Shown here in pieces: positions 51,317 to 64,000 of a DNA stretch of 64,000 bases. Origin of the DNA: Paragordius varius. Lineage: Eukaryota; Animalia; Nematomorpha. Position numbers and translations under genes: made by a program. The notes beneath the pieces are model-generated. The model saw only the letters and a list, made by a program, of their open reading frames with translations. It did not search any database and was not told the DNA's origin. Location of the stretch: the NCBI GenBank assembly GCA_964247055.1, contig OZ176050.1, positions 10,168,001 through 10,232,000 on the forward strand, in the 5' to 3' direction. Numbering within the stretch: position 1 is the first letter of the stretch; each line of letters begins with the position of its first letter.

Positions 51317-54300
51317 TCTGATACAAAAATGTAATAAGATTATCATGGTGCTTTTGGTTTTGGACTTACAAGTGATTTAATAAAGTAATTATCACTTAGT
51401 ACCTGCTCCATATCAGATGGCAAATTTAGCGTACGTACATTTTGTTAACACTTTGATTCAAATTGGAGTATCTAAATAGCCCAGACAATATTTAATTGAT
51501 ATTATTTGATAACTACTGAAAGAAACGATCCCATTTTAAATTAATGCTTTTATCCTAATTAATATTATATAAATAAGCCAAAAAAATATCGTGTCTATTA
51601 AATTTTGAAGCTAAAATTAAAGCTATATTTCATTTAAATCACATCTAACAATGATAGAAACAAAATAGTGGTTTATTTTGTTATTTGTAAATTTGGCTAA
51701 TGCACACATGTCATGTTGCCTAATTGTTTACCCTAAAATATATATTAAGTATTTTTGAAATAAAATTTTTATATATTAGTTTAATGCTATATAGGTGCAA
51801 ACATTTCCCATGGTTTTAATTCCTTCCATGCCTGGGGTATCCAAATACTCCAATTTGAATTGAAGGACTAAATGAATGTGTTGCTTCCAAGTGTTAAAAA
51901 ATTTATAATACATCATCTAAGTAACCCTTGTATGACTGTTTCACGCTGTTATTCATATAGGCGCTTACTTCGAACTCACTCCCTAGAAAATGATCCAGAG
52001 GATGATTATTCAAGAATTAAAGAGATAAAATTTGAACCTACCACAGACTCTCATATATTCGCTGCAATCGGTCAGGATTTTTTAGTTTTAATTGACGCTG
52101 AAAATGGAGATGTGCTATCAAAATTTAGATGCCCTGTTAGGAATGACATTTTGGAAGTAAAACATTAATTTATTCAAGGAATTATATTCAGTGGATTGGA
52201 CTTACATAACAAATAAGGAAACAAATGCTTTAACAAATATTTTAGCTACGGGAGGATTGTCACGGAGTATATATATCATTCAACCAAAATTGCAATCATG
52301 GATCGAATGTTTAAGAGGCCATAAATCCCCTATTAATATAGTCAGATTTTCACCGTCCAGGCCCTATATCTTAATAAGTATATATATCTTTGCCCTAAGT
52401 TTAACGGTCATATGAAATCTGCATAATTAAATAATTTAACACTTAGAAATTTTCATTCGAATAAAAACATATATTGGAATAAAACATTAACATACAGTTT
52501 TAAATATCGATTGATATCCTCTTTTTTGTAAGCTTATATATGCCTATCTTTAAGGGATAAAAGTTAAAAAATAATAATAAATCCGACCTTTAAAAATATT
52601 ATTTATAATACATAGATGGTTATATGGCATATAAGGGCAGTATATTGCGAATATTGAGGCCAAGTTTATTTTTACATGTTTTATTAGCCCATACATTATT
52701 TAGAACTCCCAAAACAATTCCCTAATTTGGTTTAAATAATTTATCTGATATTAATGGATTTAAAATTTACACTCTATAATTTTTTGCCCCAAATACTGCT
52801 TCTAAATGAATTAAATGGCTTTTTTAAGAAAATGTTAAAAAACACTATTGCACATAGATAACCTTACAGCAGAAATATATATTTGAATTTATATATTTCT
52901 TTAGGTGTAGATATGATGGGTTTACTCATATTTTGGGAGCTTTCCCAACCCACAGCAAACAATAAACCTCGGAATAAAAGTAAACGCATTGGTAGTTTCC
53001 AACTCCCGTTTCATGGTTCCTGTCTCGATGTTTATGATATGCAAATCTCATTCGACAATATTATCCTGATAAATACGACAAATGGACTGTACTACCTACC
53101 TAATGTCATTGATGAAAGGAAAACTATCTATACCTTAATCAAGTAATTAATGACTATTAATAATGTTTTTTGTTTTGAAATATGTGTTTCCACTACAGTT
53201 TTAATATGACTTTAAATATTTTATAACTACAAAATACACATTTTTATATAAGTGTTTAATTTATTTCTATTAGACCCATTTTGCTAAAACTTTCCTCTCC
53301 GATACTAACTAATTTAGACCCGGATATATCACTTTTCACGTGTATTGCATGGATATCCAAGCACATAATTGGTTAGTTATTTTAATATTTATTTTTGCGC
53401 CTACCACAAATTTCAAGATATATTTTTTTGAATCTAAAAAACTATTTATTGATTTTTTTGTCAATAGTCGCACTTTGTTTATTATTTATATAAATACCAT
53501 CTTCTAGAGATATTATTTTATAACTTTCATATACTTTATGGGCTTTTTATTATTTTTTATAAGTATTTTTTTGTTATAATTTTTGTGAAAATACTTATAA
53601 CCTTTTTTTAGTTTTGATATTAATTTTACCTCTCTAGAAATCCTATTAAACAAAATATGTATAAATATGAAAGGGATTATTTTACAATACCTTACTGCCT
53701 AAGTGGGTTGTTTCCTGTTTAAATGACCACTATTAGACCTTATTATTATTATCACCTTGATTTTAACCGATAGCAACCATATATTTAGATAAATAATTAT
53801 TGTTCTTCTGAGTCTAAATTTATTAATCTTTTTTTTATGATTACAGGCATGCATATATATTCTTCCTCATATATTTACCAAAATTTTAACCAGGTTAGAT
53901 TATAGATATTGGAATAGTTATTATAAAGAGCGCGTTAGATTAGCCTAATAAATTATTTTACAATTTTTTGTTACATAGTAGAAATGAAATTTGTTAAACA
54001 CTTATTCTATATTTCACCCAACTTATTTTTCATCTACATTTAAAAACTTCATTATATTTTGACAGGTCGGTACACTTACATTGTTAATTCCACTATCTGT
54101 GTGGTTTTTATCATATTATAAATGCAATTTATTGATACTTTCTTATGGATATTTAAATTTGGTGTCGATTTTCCTTAAATAAGTTATTGTTAATTTAATA
54201 TCCGTAAATTCATTAATGCATTTGGTATTTATATAAGCAATTAGGATAGCTATTTTTCTATAAATAACGCAATCACACTATATAGATGTGTTGTCAAATT

Positions 54301-55353
54301 TAATTACGACCTTTTTCACATTTTTAAATATTTATTAAATTATTGATTAATATTTGCATAAAATTATATCCTATATATATAATATATTTAGTTGCAAAAA
54401 TGGTCAAAGTTCCCTATATTTGTGTATGCAAAATATTCCAATCAAATGAAACAATAGTCAACAACATAAATAACGCAGATATTGGATTATCAGAAATTAA
54501 AATGAATGTCATAGGTATATTGGAAGATTCATCTACCAATCAGTTTTATAATGGGGAAGAGTATCATATCACAAAACTTGGGACAAATATTAAAAAAATT
54601 GGTAAATGTTTAATAAATAACTTGTTGTTTAACTAATTTTTTTAGCATTTCCGCTACAAATGATATTTTGAAAATAATTGACGAAGACAATTAATAGAGA
54701 GGACCGATGATTATATAGAATGATTCCAAACTCAATAATATAATTATAATTAACAATTAATATCCACAAAAGGGAATGTTTTTTTGAATTTATTAGATAA
54801 AGCTATTAATTTAATTATATTTCCATAAAATAATTGGCATTTTTTTATAAGCGTAAATCGTATTGCCTTTATTTAGTATATTAGTATACAATAAATCTAT
54901 TATAAAATATATTTGTTTAGATGTATCGTATGATAAAGTTTTAGTTGTTGCTGGAAATAACAAAGGTACCGTATGTGTTTGGGATATAAGTTCCATGATT
55001 CCATCTCATAATGTTCCGTCGCATTCTTTCTTCAAAAGAGCTTTTGATAACCCATTGCGTATTAAACCAGTCCATGTATAATTGTTGTTTTTTGATTTTT
55101 TAAACCTTTCAAAAAAATATTTTTTAATTTATATTATTATTATTATTAAACATTCAGATAATAAATTGGGTGAATCAAAAACAAATTACGGTACAAAATG
55201 AAAATATACCTGACTTTGCCACTTTAGATACAGTTTGTTTTTTTGTGTAATTTTATTTTATAGAGTATAAATGCCGTGGATATATCCTCTGACTACAAAT
55301 ATATCGTAACATCAACCAATTGTAACTTGATTGGAATTATAGATAGTCAATAA
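50894..55353 (+). CDS. LRWD1: LRWD1/ORCA-like WD40 protein (5' end unresolved)
   Basis: Spliced LRTHSLENDPED...IKFEP, IFAAIGQDFLVLIDAENGDVLSKF, ELYSVDW, ILATGGL, LRGHKSPINIVRFSP, VVAGNNKGTVCVWDIS and SINAVDISSDYKYIVTSTNCNLIGI follow the recalled LRWD1 WD region (CHSKNNSPQD...CAFEP, EEFFSVAW, RAHKKAIATLCFSP, CGDEEGNVWLYD) in order. Stop TAA at 55351-55353. Confidence 0.75.
51445..51897 (+). mobile_element. TTAA-flanked MITE, copy 3, intronic
   Basis: TTAACACTTTGATTCAAATTGG...CCAAGTGTTAA; colinear with 1701-2269. Confidence 0.75.
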
Positions 55354-55689
55354 TTTAAGGAAATGTATAATAAATAAATTATTTATTGATTGATATATTA
55401 ATAAAAAATAAATTGAACATATGTAATAATTTTATTTGGAGTTTTTTGGAAGCGAGCTTTTACTTAATATTAAATTTCCCTTTAATACTGCATTATTTAT
55501 AAAGTTGCTTTAGCTATGATTAGGATAATGTGCTATATGCAAATAAAAATTATATTATTTTGGTGAAATGTATTGGTGGAAAATGTTTAAAATCGCTTTA
55601 AATAAAAAAAATCGCAAATTTAGCACACATTTTATCAAATTGAATTTTAATGCTCACTGCGTCCGAAATTCGAGGGTCTAAAAATATCC

Positions 55690-56060
55690 TAATATATATT
55701 CTAATTAAGAAATATATCAGGATTATCATGGTGCTTTTGGGTTTTGGCCCTTAGGAATGTTAAGTTTTCCACTTTTTTGGTGAGTGCTCCATATCAGAAA
55801 ATGGCAAAATTTGTGCACTTTTTTTAAAATAATTTTTTTGTGAAAGCTAAATGCTTCATTCCCAAAAAATATCACTAAATATTATATCTACATATAAAAA
55901 ACAAAATAATATTTTTAAAAAATTTTAACTTTTAGATGTGGGCTCGAAAAGTCCCAATTTTTTTGTACTCCTTAAATAGGGTAGTTTTTGAAAAACACAA
56001 AAATAATTCCTAGATTCCGCGATAAAAATTTCTATGTGATGATTTTTGACATCAAAAAGG
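55690..56060. mobile_element. Copy of the 20029-20520 dispersed repeat family
   Basis: CAGGATTATCATGGTGCTTTTGG...CCATATCAGAAAATGGCAAAATTTG and a GCGATAAAAATTT block. Confidence 0.5.
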
Positions 56061-56539
56061 TTTTTCCGAATAAATGGATATTTTGTTAAAAGTTAGCAAG
56101 TTGTTGTAGAAAAATACTTCATTTTACTATGAGGCATAATGAGAACGTTCAAAAAAGATATTATAATACAGTTTTTCGATAATGCTGAACATTCTACCGT
56201 TTCGAATTTTAATTTAAAGGTTTGTTGGCTTTCAAATTTTGGTGAATTAAAAAATTTTTATTACATAAATTATCAGTAGAAGGAATATTTTAATTGAAAT
56301 TCTGATGTAATATATATGTTCAGGCCATTTATATAGAAAAGTGCTTTTAAATATCTTAAAACTCCATATTTTTTTTAATGATGATTTTTTTAAACATATG
56401 AATAACTTGCACAATCTCCCAAGTGTCAAAGACCGAAAATCTCATCATCCTTGCTAATTGACATCAAATGCTCCGACCCCAATATTATTGACAATCATCT
56501 AACCGATTACTATATGGACTTATATAGAGGATAAGAAAA

Positions 56540-57870
56540 AAACGAAACAACCGCACATTTTTCATTGAACCTAGACGTAATATTTCAAAGCATATTAAAA
56601 AATCTTAAAAGTTATAAAGCAGCAGGACCAGATAATTCAGCGACAACGTTTGGAAAATAGAACGAGAATGGTGCTCAATCAACGCCTTACTATTAAAAAA
56701 TTAATACCTCAATAAAAGGAACGAGAAATGGTTCAAATTTACTATAACAACTTTACCAAGGAAAACTAACGCATGTAAACCCAAAGATTATCGAGGTATA
56801 ACACTATCCAATACCATTTATAAAATCCTGGCAACAACAGCTCTGCGAAACTGAAAAACTAGAACTTCACCCCGCAATCGGTGGTTTTAAAAAAGGGTAA
56901 ACGGAACTATTTACTGCTTTGAACATATACATTGAAAAAAGCATCATGTTAAAAATAACAACTTGGATATGTTACGTCGATATCAAGAAAGCGTTTGACC
57001 ACGCAATTAGAGATTATATAATAAAAATAATTAAGAAACTAAAACTTAAAGAAAATTGGAAAAATTTAATAAACTTGTTGGAAAATTGCAAGTCGTCACT
57101 GACGGTCACTATGGAAAAACATTTTTCAACTACTAGAGGAGACAAGGTTGCCCATGCCAAAAATATATAATCTGTTTACAGATAAAATTTTAAAAGAAAA
57201 ATGTGAGTCAAGCCCCTACAGAATAATGGCATATACTGATGACACATGTATAGTTAGCAAATCAATCGAATCTGTTAGATCTTGGATTGAATTAGCGACG
57301 AAACTTAAAGAAGCAGGTCTGATATTAAATATGGAGAATACCAAAGTTATGACAGTATCCGAATTATCAATCAAAAAATTCCACTCACAGAAGGAGAACT
57401 TGAAAAGTAGACAAATACAAATACTATGAGTCTGGTTCTCCAATAAAGAATGTATTGATTTAAAAGCAATGAACAGATTAAACAATAATAAGGAAATATT
57501 TGGTGAAATGCGCCAATCTGGATATCAACAGAACTCAAATATTTGTCAACAAAGCCATAAGGAAAATAATGGGATATTACTGCCAAAACCACCCATTAAT
57601 ATCCAATGCAGCACTTTACGCTGAAACTAAATACTTTCCCTTAGAATACGCTATCCCCCTAGCAGGATTGTTATGGCACATCAAATAAAATGATCTAACA
57701 TATACCCACTGTGGGAAGCTTTATGGAAACAATATTGAAAATTACAGCAAAAAACTATTTGGTTGGGTCGCATCCTACCTTCTTTCAACATTCGATTTGA
57801 ATGAAAACAATATTCAGTTAGTTAAACAAAACAACTGGAAGAAAACGGCCGAAAAATGCAAATTGTAAAT
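56540..57870 (+). mobile_element. Decayed, 5'-truncated non-LTR retrotransposon (LINE) reverse transcriptase
   Basis: Frameshifted motifs KAAGPDN, PKDYRGITLSNTIYKILA, YVDIKKAFDH, QGCP / PKIYNLFTD, MAYTDD and GLILNMENTKVM correspond to the non-LTR RT domains. Confidence 0.88.
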
Positions 57871-59147
57871 ATTGCTATGTGTTGTGTTAATTTAGACCGC
57901 GAGAAAAAGAAAGAGCAAAAAAGCTTAAAGAAATTAAAAAACTAAGAACCGATAATGATAATATGTGGATAACGCTTCACTCGAGACATTAGGGTTTCTT
58001 TTTTCTCTTTTTTTACTCATATTGCGAAATAAAAAATAGTTGGTACAGTAGCATATGGTAAATAATACAAAAAATAAAGTCTATGATTATTTAAAATAAG
58101 GTTAAAAATTTTAAATATTTTCATCTTTTCTTACCATACGCGACTGTATAGAACATATTTGATTTCAAAAAAACGTATTTTAATTTAAATTTTAAACTAA
58201 GTTTTTGTTAAATAAAAAAATAGTTTACTTATAGCAAGTTTATTGCAAATGTAAAGGATTTAGCAACATAATCTTTTTTTCCTAAAACATCTAATTATAA
58301 TGTACCATAAAGAAGTATTTACAAAAAACAAAAATATATCATGATAATATAGATAATATAAAAAATAATATAAAAAATTTAAAGGTAAATTGCTATAACT
58401 TTAAATAAAACTTCTACATTTACATTAGATTAAATTAAGTTTTTGTAATCAACGCCCCATGAACGCTTTGCTGTGAAGGGGATTGGGGAGTCTTGTGCAG
58501 ACTGTAACTGTCAGGTTAGATTGAGGTTGTGTCACCACTCTGATATCTTTAAGTGTTTTTTAGCCGTTTCTAGCATGCCACAAAATAGGGTGAAACACGC
58601 TTCAACTAAGTATTGTTAAAAATTAAATTTTTAAAATCATACATATCTTAAAAAGATTTGGCTAAATCAAATTTAGCATATATTTAAGTTTTCATTTCTC
58701 AAACGTCACATGTTTATGTTTTTTATAAGAAAAGACAAGCGCATTTTAGAGTCAAGACTTTCGAACCCCACATCAAAATATTGACATAAAAATGTTTTGC
58801 TTTTTACAAGTAGTTTGCGATATCTTTTTGATGCTATTTGGAAGAAGGGGTTTAGTCTTGCAAAATAAATTCAAAAAAATGTGCGCATATTTTGCCATTT
58901 TCAGATATGGAGCACTTACAAAAGTGGAAATAACGTTCTTAAGACTTTATGACCTTTTCACTATTTATCTAGTTTTGAAAATTTAGTTGAATTTAATTAT
59001 CAAATATTCCTGTTTTAGATAGAAAGGTTGTAATTACAGTTTTGTGCTTTTATTGAAAAAAATGTAAGTCAAGTTATAGATTATTTTATCACCCCACCCT
59101 ATAACCTCAATAAAATATTTGACATCTGATAAAGCGACTGCTAGAAA

Positions 59148-61288
59148 ATGCACGAAGTTAAAATTGATAGAATCGTTGTCCATCCCCTAGTTTTGTTAAG
59201 CGTTGTGGATCATTTTAATCGCATCATTAAAATAAGCAATCAAAAGCGAGTGGTTGGTGTTTTACTTGGATCTATCCGGAAAAATATATTAGACATTTCC
59301 AACAGCTTTGCAGGTAGAATTTTATTTAAATCTTTTTATTTCTGTTTTCGAGTAATATGTATTATTTTTCATATATTAGTTCCGTTTGAAGAAGATGAAA
59401 AGGATAGCAATGTATGGCTTTTTGATCATGAATATTTGGAATCTATGTATGGCATGTTTAAGAAAGTTAATGGTTTAAATATTTTATTATATTTTTAGCC
59501 AAAGAAAAAATTGTTGGTTGGTATCATACCGGTCCTAAACTATATCCAAACGATATCTTAATCAATGAATTGATGCGAAAGTTTTCAAATGTTACCGTTC
59601 TTGTTATAATTGATGTTAAACCGAAAGAAATTGGTTTACCCACCGAGGCCTACACAATGGTTGAAGAGATTCACGAAGTTAGTTTACAACAATCTTTCTT
59701 TTATTAATTTGTTTAAAGTCGAACTATTTACCCTTTATTACATAACCACACCTACTTGCATGATTTGATTAATTGACATCAATTAGATATTCTTATTCAA
59801 TTTTTATGTTTACTTGTGGATGCTACCAGCGAAAAATTAAGCAGTCATACTCAAACTGCGGCCCTAAAAGTGTTTTTTATGGAAATATCTATTTATTTTT
59901 TATGCACTTATTTGGAGTATACATATTGTCACATCTGTCACACACCTTTGAAGTAAGAAAAAAATATTTTTTGACCTTCCAATTTTTTTAAAAAGTACCG
60001 GTTATTTAAAGATTTAACAAATTGGCTGTTTTATTTAAATATTTTTTTACGACAATTAATATAAAATCATATAGCAGAGTGGTACTCAAACCGCGACCTA
60101 CGGGCCCCTGCGGCTCTAAAAATGCTTTTTATAGCCTTAAATTATCCATATATTTTATTGGTGTATTTCTTTATAAATACCTTCATATGTGTCCAAAAGT
60201 TATGCGGTATTTGTCAGTACTATATAATACATGGCCCTTAAGACAGAAAATATTTTATTTGGCCCTTTAAATTGCTAAGCTATTAGACTACACACGCAAT
60301 TTACTGAATTTAAATTTGTTAATTTTACACAATTTTATAATTTTATAGGATGGTACACCAACAAGCAAAACTTTCCAACATATTCCTTCAGAGATTGGAG
60401 CTGAGGAAGCCGAAGAGGTGGGCGTTGAACATTTACTCCGAGATATTAAGGAAAGTAATGCTGGGACTCTTTCCCAACGCATTACCTACCAATTCCTGGG
60501 TCTCAAGGGTTTGGAAGAAAAGTTAAAAACTGTTTGTTTTTACCTACAACAAGTTATTCAAGGTAATTTTATGCTTTATTTTTTTGTGCGACACCATACC
60601 TTGTCGAAAATGTTTGAAATAAGATTTTTTTTAATATGCACTAATCAAGCTTTACGGGTAAGGTGACAATGAGTTAGCCATTTTGTCAAGTAGTAAATTT
60701 GAAGTATTGTAAAAAAAATTGTTAAAATATTTTTAAATTTTTTAGTATGACAACCCTATTGTTAATTTTTATCATCAAATGAGCTTTATTATATATAGAG
60801 ACAAAATAGAATTCAAATTTACTTATAACAGGTAACACTGAATTAAAGTAAATTTTCAACAGACTTGATATTAAAATATATTATTACAAATTTATAGGAA
60901 AAATGGCCCCGAATCATCAAGTGTTATACATCCTTCAAGATATTTTGAATCTTTTGCCAGACATTACTGTACCCGATTTTATTAAATCAAATCTGACTAA
61001 AACAAACGATGAATTACTGATTATATATGTTTCTGCTATGATACGTTCCATACTCTCGCTTAATAATTTGATAAACAATCAAATTACTAATAGGTATCAT
61101 TAACAAATTTGATTTATATGGACTTTTTGGATTTATTTGGTAATCATGTTTTTTTACAAATAATTAGAGATGAAGAAAAGAAGGAATTTAAAAAAGATGA
61201 AAATGATAGCCCTAAAAACGCTATTGAAGACGTTAAAAAAGCAAAAGGCTCAGCAAAAGAGACGAATACAACCTCCAAGAATATATAA
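59148..61288 (+). CDS. PSMD7: 26S proteasome non-ATPase regulatory subunit 7 (Rpn8, MPN domain), 6 exons
   Basis: Exons 59148-59313, 59380-59472, 59499-59677, 60349-60562, 60898-61093 and 61168-61288. Motifs [68 protein letters not shown] and [16 protein letters not shown]. Confidence 0.98.
60077..60293 (+). mobile_element. hAT (Charlie-like) MITE in PSMD7 intron 3
   Basis: GAGTGGTACTCAAACCGCGACCTACGGGCCCCTGCGGCTC start, internal GGCCC motifs and a degenerate right end. Confidence 0.55.
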
Positions 61289-61341
61289 ATTTAGTGATTC
61301 CTTTATTTTACTTATACTTTCTTATGTAATAAATATTGGCT

Positions 61342-63100
61342 TTACACATTTATCGAAATACCTTCCTCAGATATATATTTTTGAGCGTGTCTTAGAGTTT
61401 GCATCTTATCCAAATGCTTCTTCAAACGGGCGAATGTTGGTCGTTCTGAGGGCGCAGTTTTTGGAGCACCAACGCATTACTGAAAACTGGAATTATATAT
61501 ATATATATATATATATGTATTATTCATTCATCTTTTAATAAATTGGAGGGATTGTTTCAAAACGACAGAATCCAAAAAATATTACATATCATCGTCACAG
61601 TTGGGTGGTTTATTTATACGATAACCCAATTTCTGCCTATTGTAGAAATCGGCATTTTGTTGAATCTCGGGGTAAGGATTTTGACCCAAAGTTTTGATTT
61701 CCTATAACATTATACCGAATGCCCATACATCAGATTTTTCTGTAAACACAATGGATTTTTAATTTAGTTTCCTTGTCAGTTAAAATAATTTTATCACTTA
61801 ACCAAAATATTTCTTAATTGCATTGAAATTTGGTACAAAAGTACTAGTCACAAAACAGTTTTAAAAAAATCATTTTTTTGTATTAATATATAGATATAGT
61901 AAGATTAATAAATGATTTTTCAGAAAAAACAAAGGAATATCAAAAAGAAAAAAGGTCACATGATTTAAAATATTAATAAATATATCATATACGACCCTTG
62001 ATAATTTTCTGTTATATCTACTTATACATTTAACTGTTATTCATTTTTATTTGAATATTCATTTGCTTTTTCGTGATAATTCTTTATTAATCTTACTGTA
62101 TACCAAAATGACTAATTGATTCGGCCTCTAATTCTTCTTTAAAACAATGGAAGATTCTTGGATTTGCCGATATATTTGAATCGTAAAAATTGTTCAATTT
62201 GATATTTCATGGTTTATTTTCCATGGTTTTTATTCTTATCAAATTTTTATATAATACTGCGGCCAGAACGTTATTTAATTAAGGTTTTTGGGCCTACTCA
62301 AGGCTGAGAATTAAATCAACAACAATCTAAAATATTTAAAAGTACCATCATGTTCACAATATCCAAGCAAATTAACAATGTTTGGATGGTATCCAATTTT
62401 TTTCATAATCTCCATTTCGGCAACCATTAGCTCGTATGCTTCTTCAGCGTTTTTGTTTCCTAATCCGATAAAATTATTAAACAATTTTTTGATATAATAA
62501 CCAGAAAAAGAATATTTATTTATTCAATGCATTCTTAAAAATGCTACTTGTATTAAAAACAATTTTGGGGGCATGGCTTCATCTTCGACATGTCTACATT
62601 ATGTTTTTCATATTCAATAAAACTCATATCAACTTAGAGTTAAGTTTCAAAATTTAAGGTTAAGGATGGTAATATAGACATTTAAAATGTCACTTGGTAT
62701 ACGACATAAAATACCTTTTGTGGTCCTCATAGTCTTAATGGCTGCAACTTGCGTTTGACCCGTTTTTTTATCTAAGACAGTGCCCTTCTGTACCTGTCCA
62801 AAGTTACCCTTACCTAGAATTTGACTTTCTAAACTCATATGTTCCCATGAAATCCACCATGGATCTTCCGCTAATTTCTCCATAGGTGAGGTGGGTGTAG
62901 GCGCTCCTGAACCGCTAACATTTGGAATAGTTATGTTTGTCCCTTTGTATGCTTTACTAGTTAGTAATTTTATCTCTTCTGGTTTCTTAATATCAACCAA
63001 TGATTCTGCATTACCTTTAGTTCTAACGATTTGAATTTCTTGATGCTCCTCTTTTTCTTTTTGTTTTTTTATACATATACAAGTGGCCATAAAAATTATT
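61342..63100 (-). pseudogene. Intron-containing receptor tyrosine kinase pseudogene (FGFR/RET/Tie-like kinase domain)
   Basis: ILGKGNFGQVQKG...AAIKTM, EMEIMKKIGYHPNIVNLLGYC, KSDVWAFGIML*EI.TLGQNPYP, GYRINKPPNC and PSERPTF are present. In-frame TAG at 62294-62296 and 61702-61704, a frameshift in the run at 61458-61462, and no recognisable HRD/DFG exon. The 5' part may extend toward or past the window end. Confidence 0.8.
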
Positions 63101-64000
63101 ATATTTTAGATCATGATTTGTTTTTAGGTTACATTAATAACAACTCTGCTATGATAGCCTCTTAAAAATAAATTATTTTTTTTGGGCCGTATCAATTTCA
63201 ATACATTAATTTATTAATTGAGTAATATAAAAAATGTATATTTAATACGAAAAAAATTGCACTTCAAATTATAAACAGTATTTTACTCCTTACAAAATAT
63301 TATGATTGCAAATGCAATCAAGTTAACATTACACAATGGTAACTTTATAAAAACGGAGGATTTCCAGTCATCGTATTAAAGAAAGAGTTCCCTAGTTGTA
63401 CCTTATCCATTAAACTATATGTATTTTTGGCAAAAGAAAGATTTCGTAATAAAAGACGAAAATTAAAAATTTAATTTTACTTTGTAAGCATATAAAAGCT
63501 AAATTTTATAATAAATTATAGATATTTACCATTATTTAACAAAGTTTGCAATTTATTTAAATTACAAACTCTCATAAATACGAAAGAATGTGACATTAGA
63601 GGTTGAACATCTTGAGCTTTATCAGAACCCATTTGTACAGATATGTAAAAATTAACGATTGTCAAAAAACAACCAATAATCGATTAAACTTATTGCAAAA
63701 TTATTTTATTTATTATATAATTATACAAAATTTTGTTAAATAGTAACCCTCAAATGTCCCTTTAAATACAGAGGCTTTTATTGTTTTGTAAGATATCTAG
63801 TAAATTACAAATTCCCAAAAATGATTACATTATTTAAAAACCCTATGTTCAAATAATTGTAATAATTAAACTGAAATTTGAAACATAAAATGATATATGG
63901 TCTTATCATTATATTTCCATAAATTATTAAGATATCAAAAACTGGTAACATAGAAAAATTATTTCTTGTACAATCAAATATTTGTTATAGTCCTTGGCGA

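Noticed and set aside
51268-51322. (AT)n tract flanked by inverted ATCAGAAT/ATTCTGAT
   Set aside because: A simple microsatellite with a short inverted flank; no evidence of function.
61702-62296. In-frame TAG at Trp and Tyr positions suggested stop-codon reassignment
   Set aside because: The two TAGs replace different amino acids, the same gene has frameshifts, and no intact gene in the window needs an internal TAG.
62327-62345. Apparent 19-nt GT-AG intron in the RTK
   Set aside because: Splicing it leads straight to a stop and the locus is decayed, so it cannot be counted as functional.

Overview
This is very AT-rich genomic DNA from a eukaryote, almost certainly an animal; the species cannot be determined from the window. 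Hand-splicing the exons gives six genes and one pseudogene. The genes are an orphan coiled-coil gene (13.9-15.6 kb, +), RNF123/KPC1 SPRY-RING E3 ligase (21.3-38.5 kb, +), an RBP4/purpurin-like lipocalin (39.3-41.2 kb, -), a small secreted SVWC/Vago-like protein (46.9-49.9 kb, +), an LRWD1/ORCA-like WD40 gene (about 50.9-55.4 kb, +) and PSMD7/Rpn8 (59.1-61.3 kb, +). The pseudogene is a disabled receptor tyrosine kinase (61.3-63.1 kb, -). Repeats include a non-autonomous Helitron family, several MITE families (hAT, TTAA-type, TA-flanked, foldback), a tRNA-Lys-derived SINE, a decayed mariner and a decayed LINE reverse transcriptase. The most striking signal is the splicing architecture. Six ultra-short GT-AG introns of 21-28 nt occur in three conserved genes, and four of them must be spliced to keep the reading frame. 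RNF123, which carries four of them, also has two minor-spliceosome (U12-type) AT-AC introns and kilobase introns filled with transposons. All gene models are manual, and all homology calls come from recalled family motifs, not database searches.
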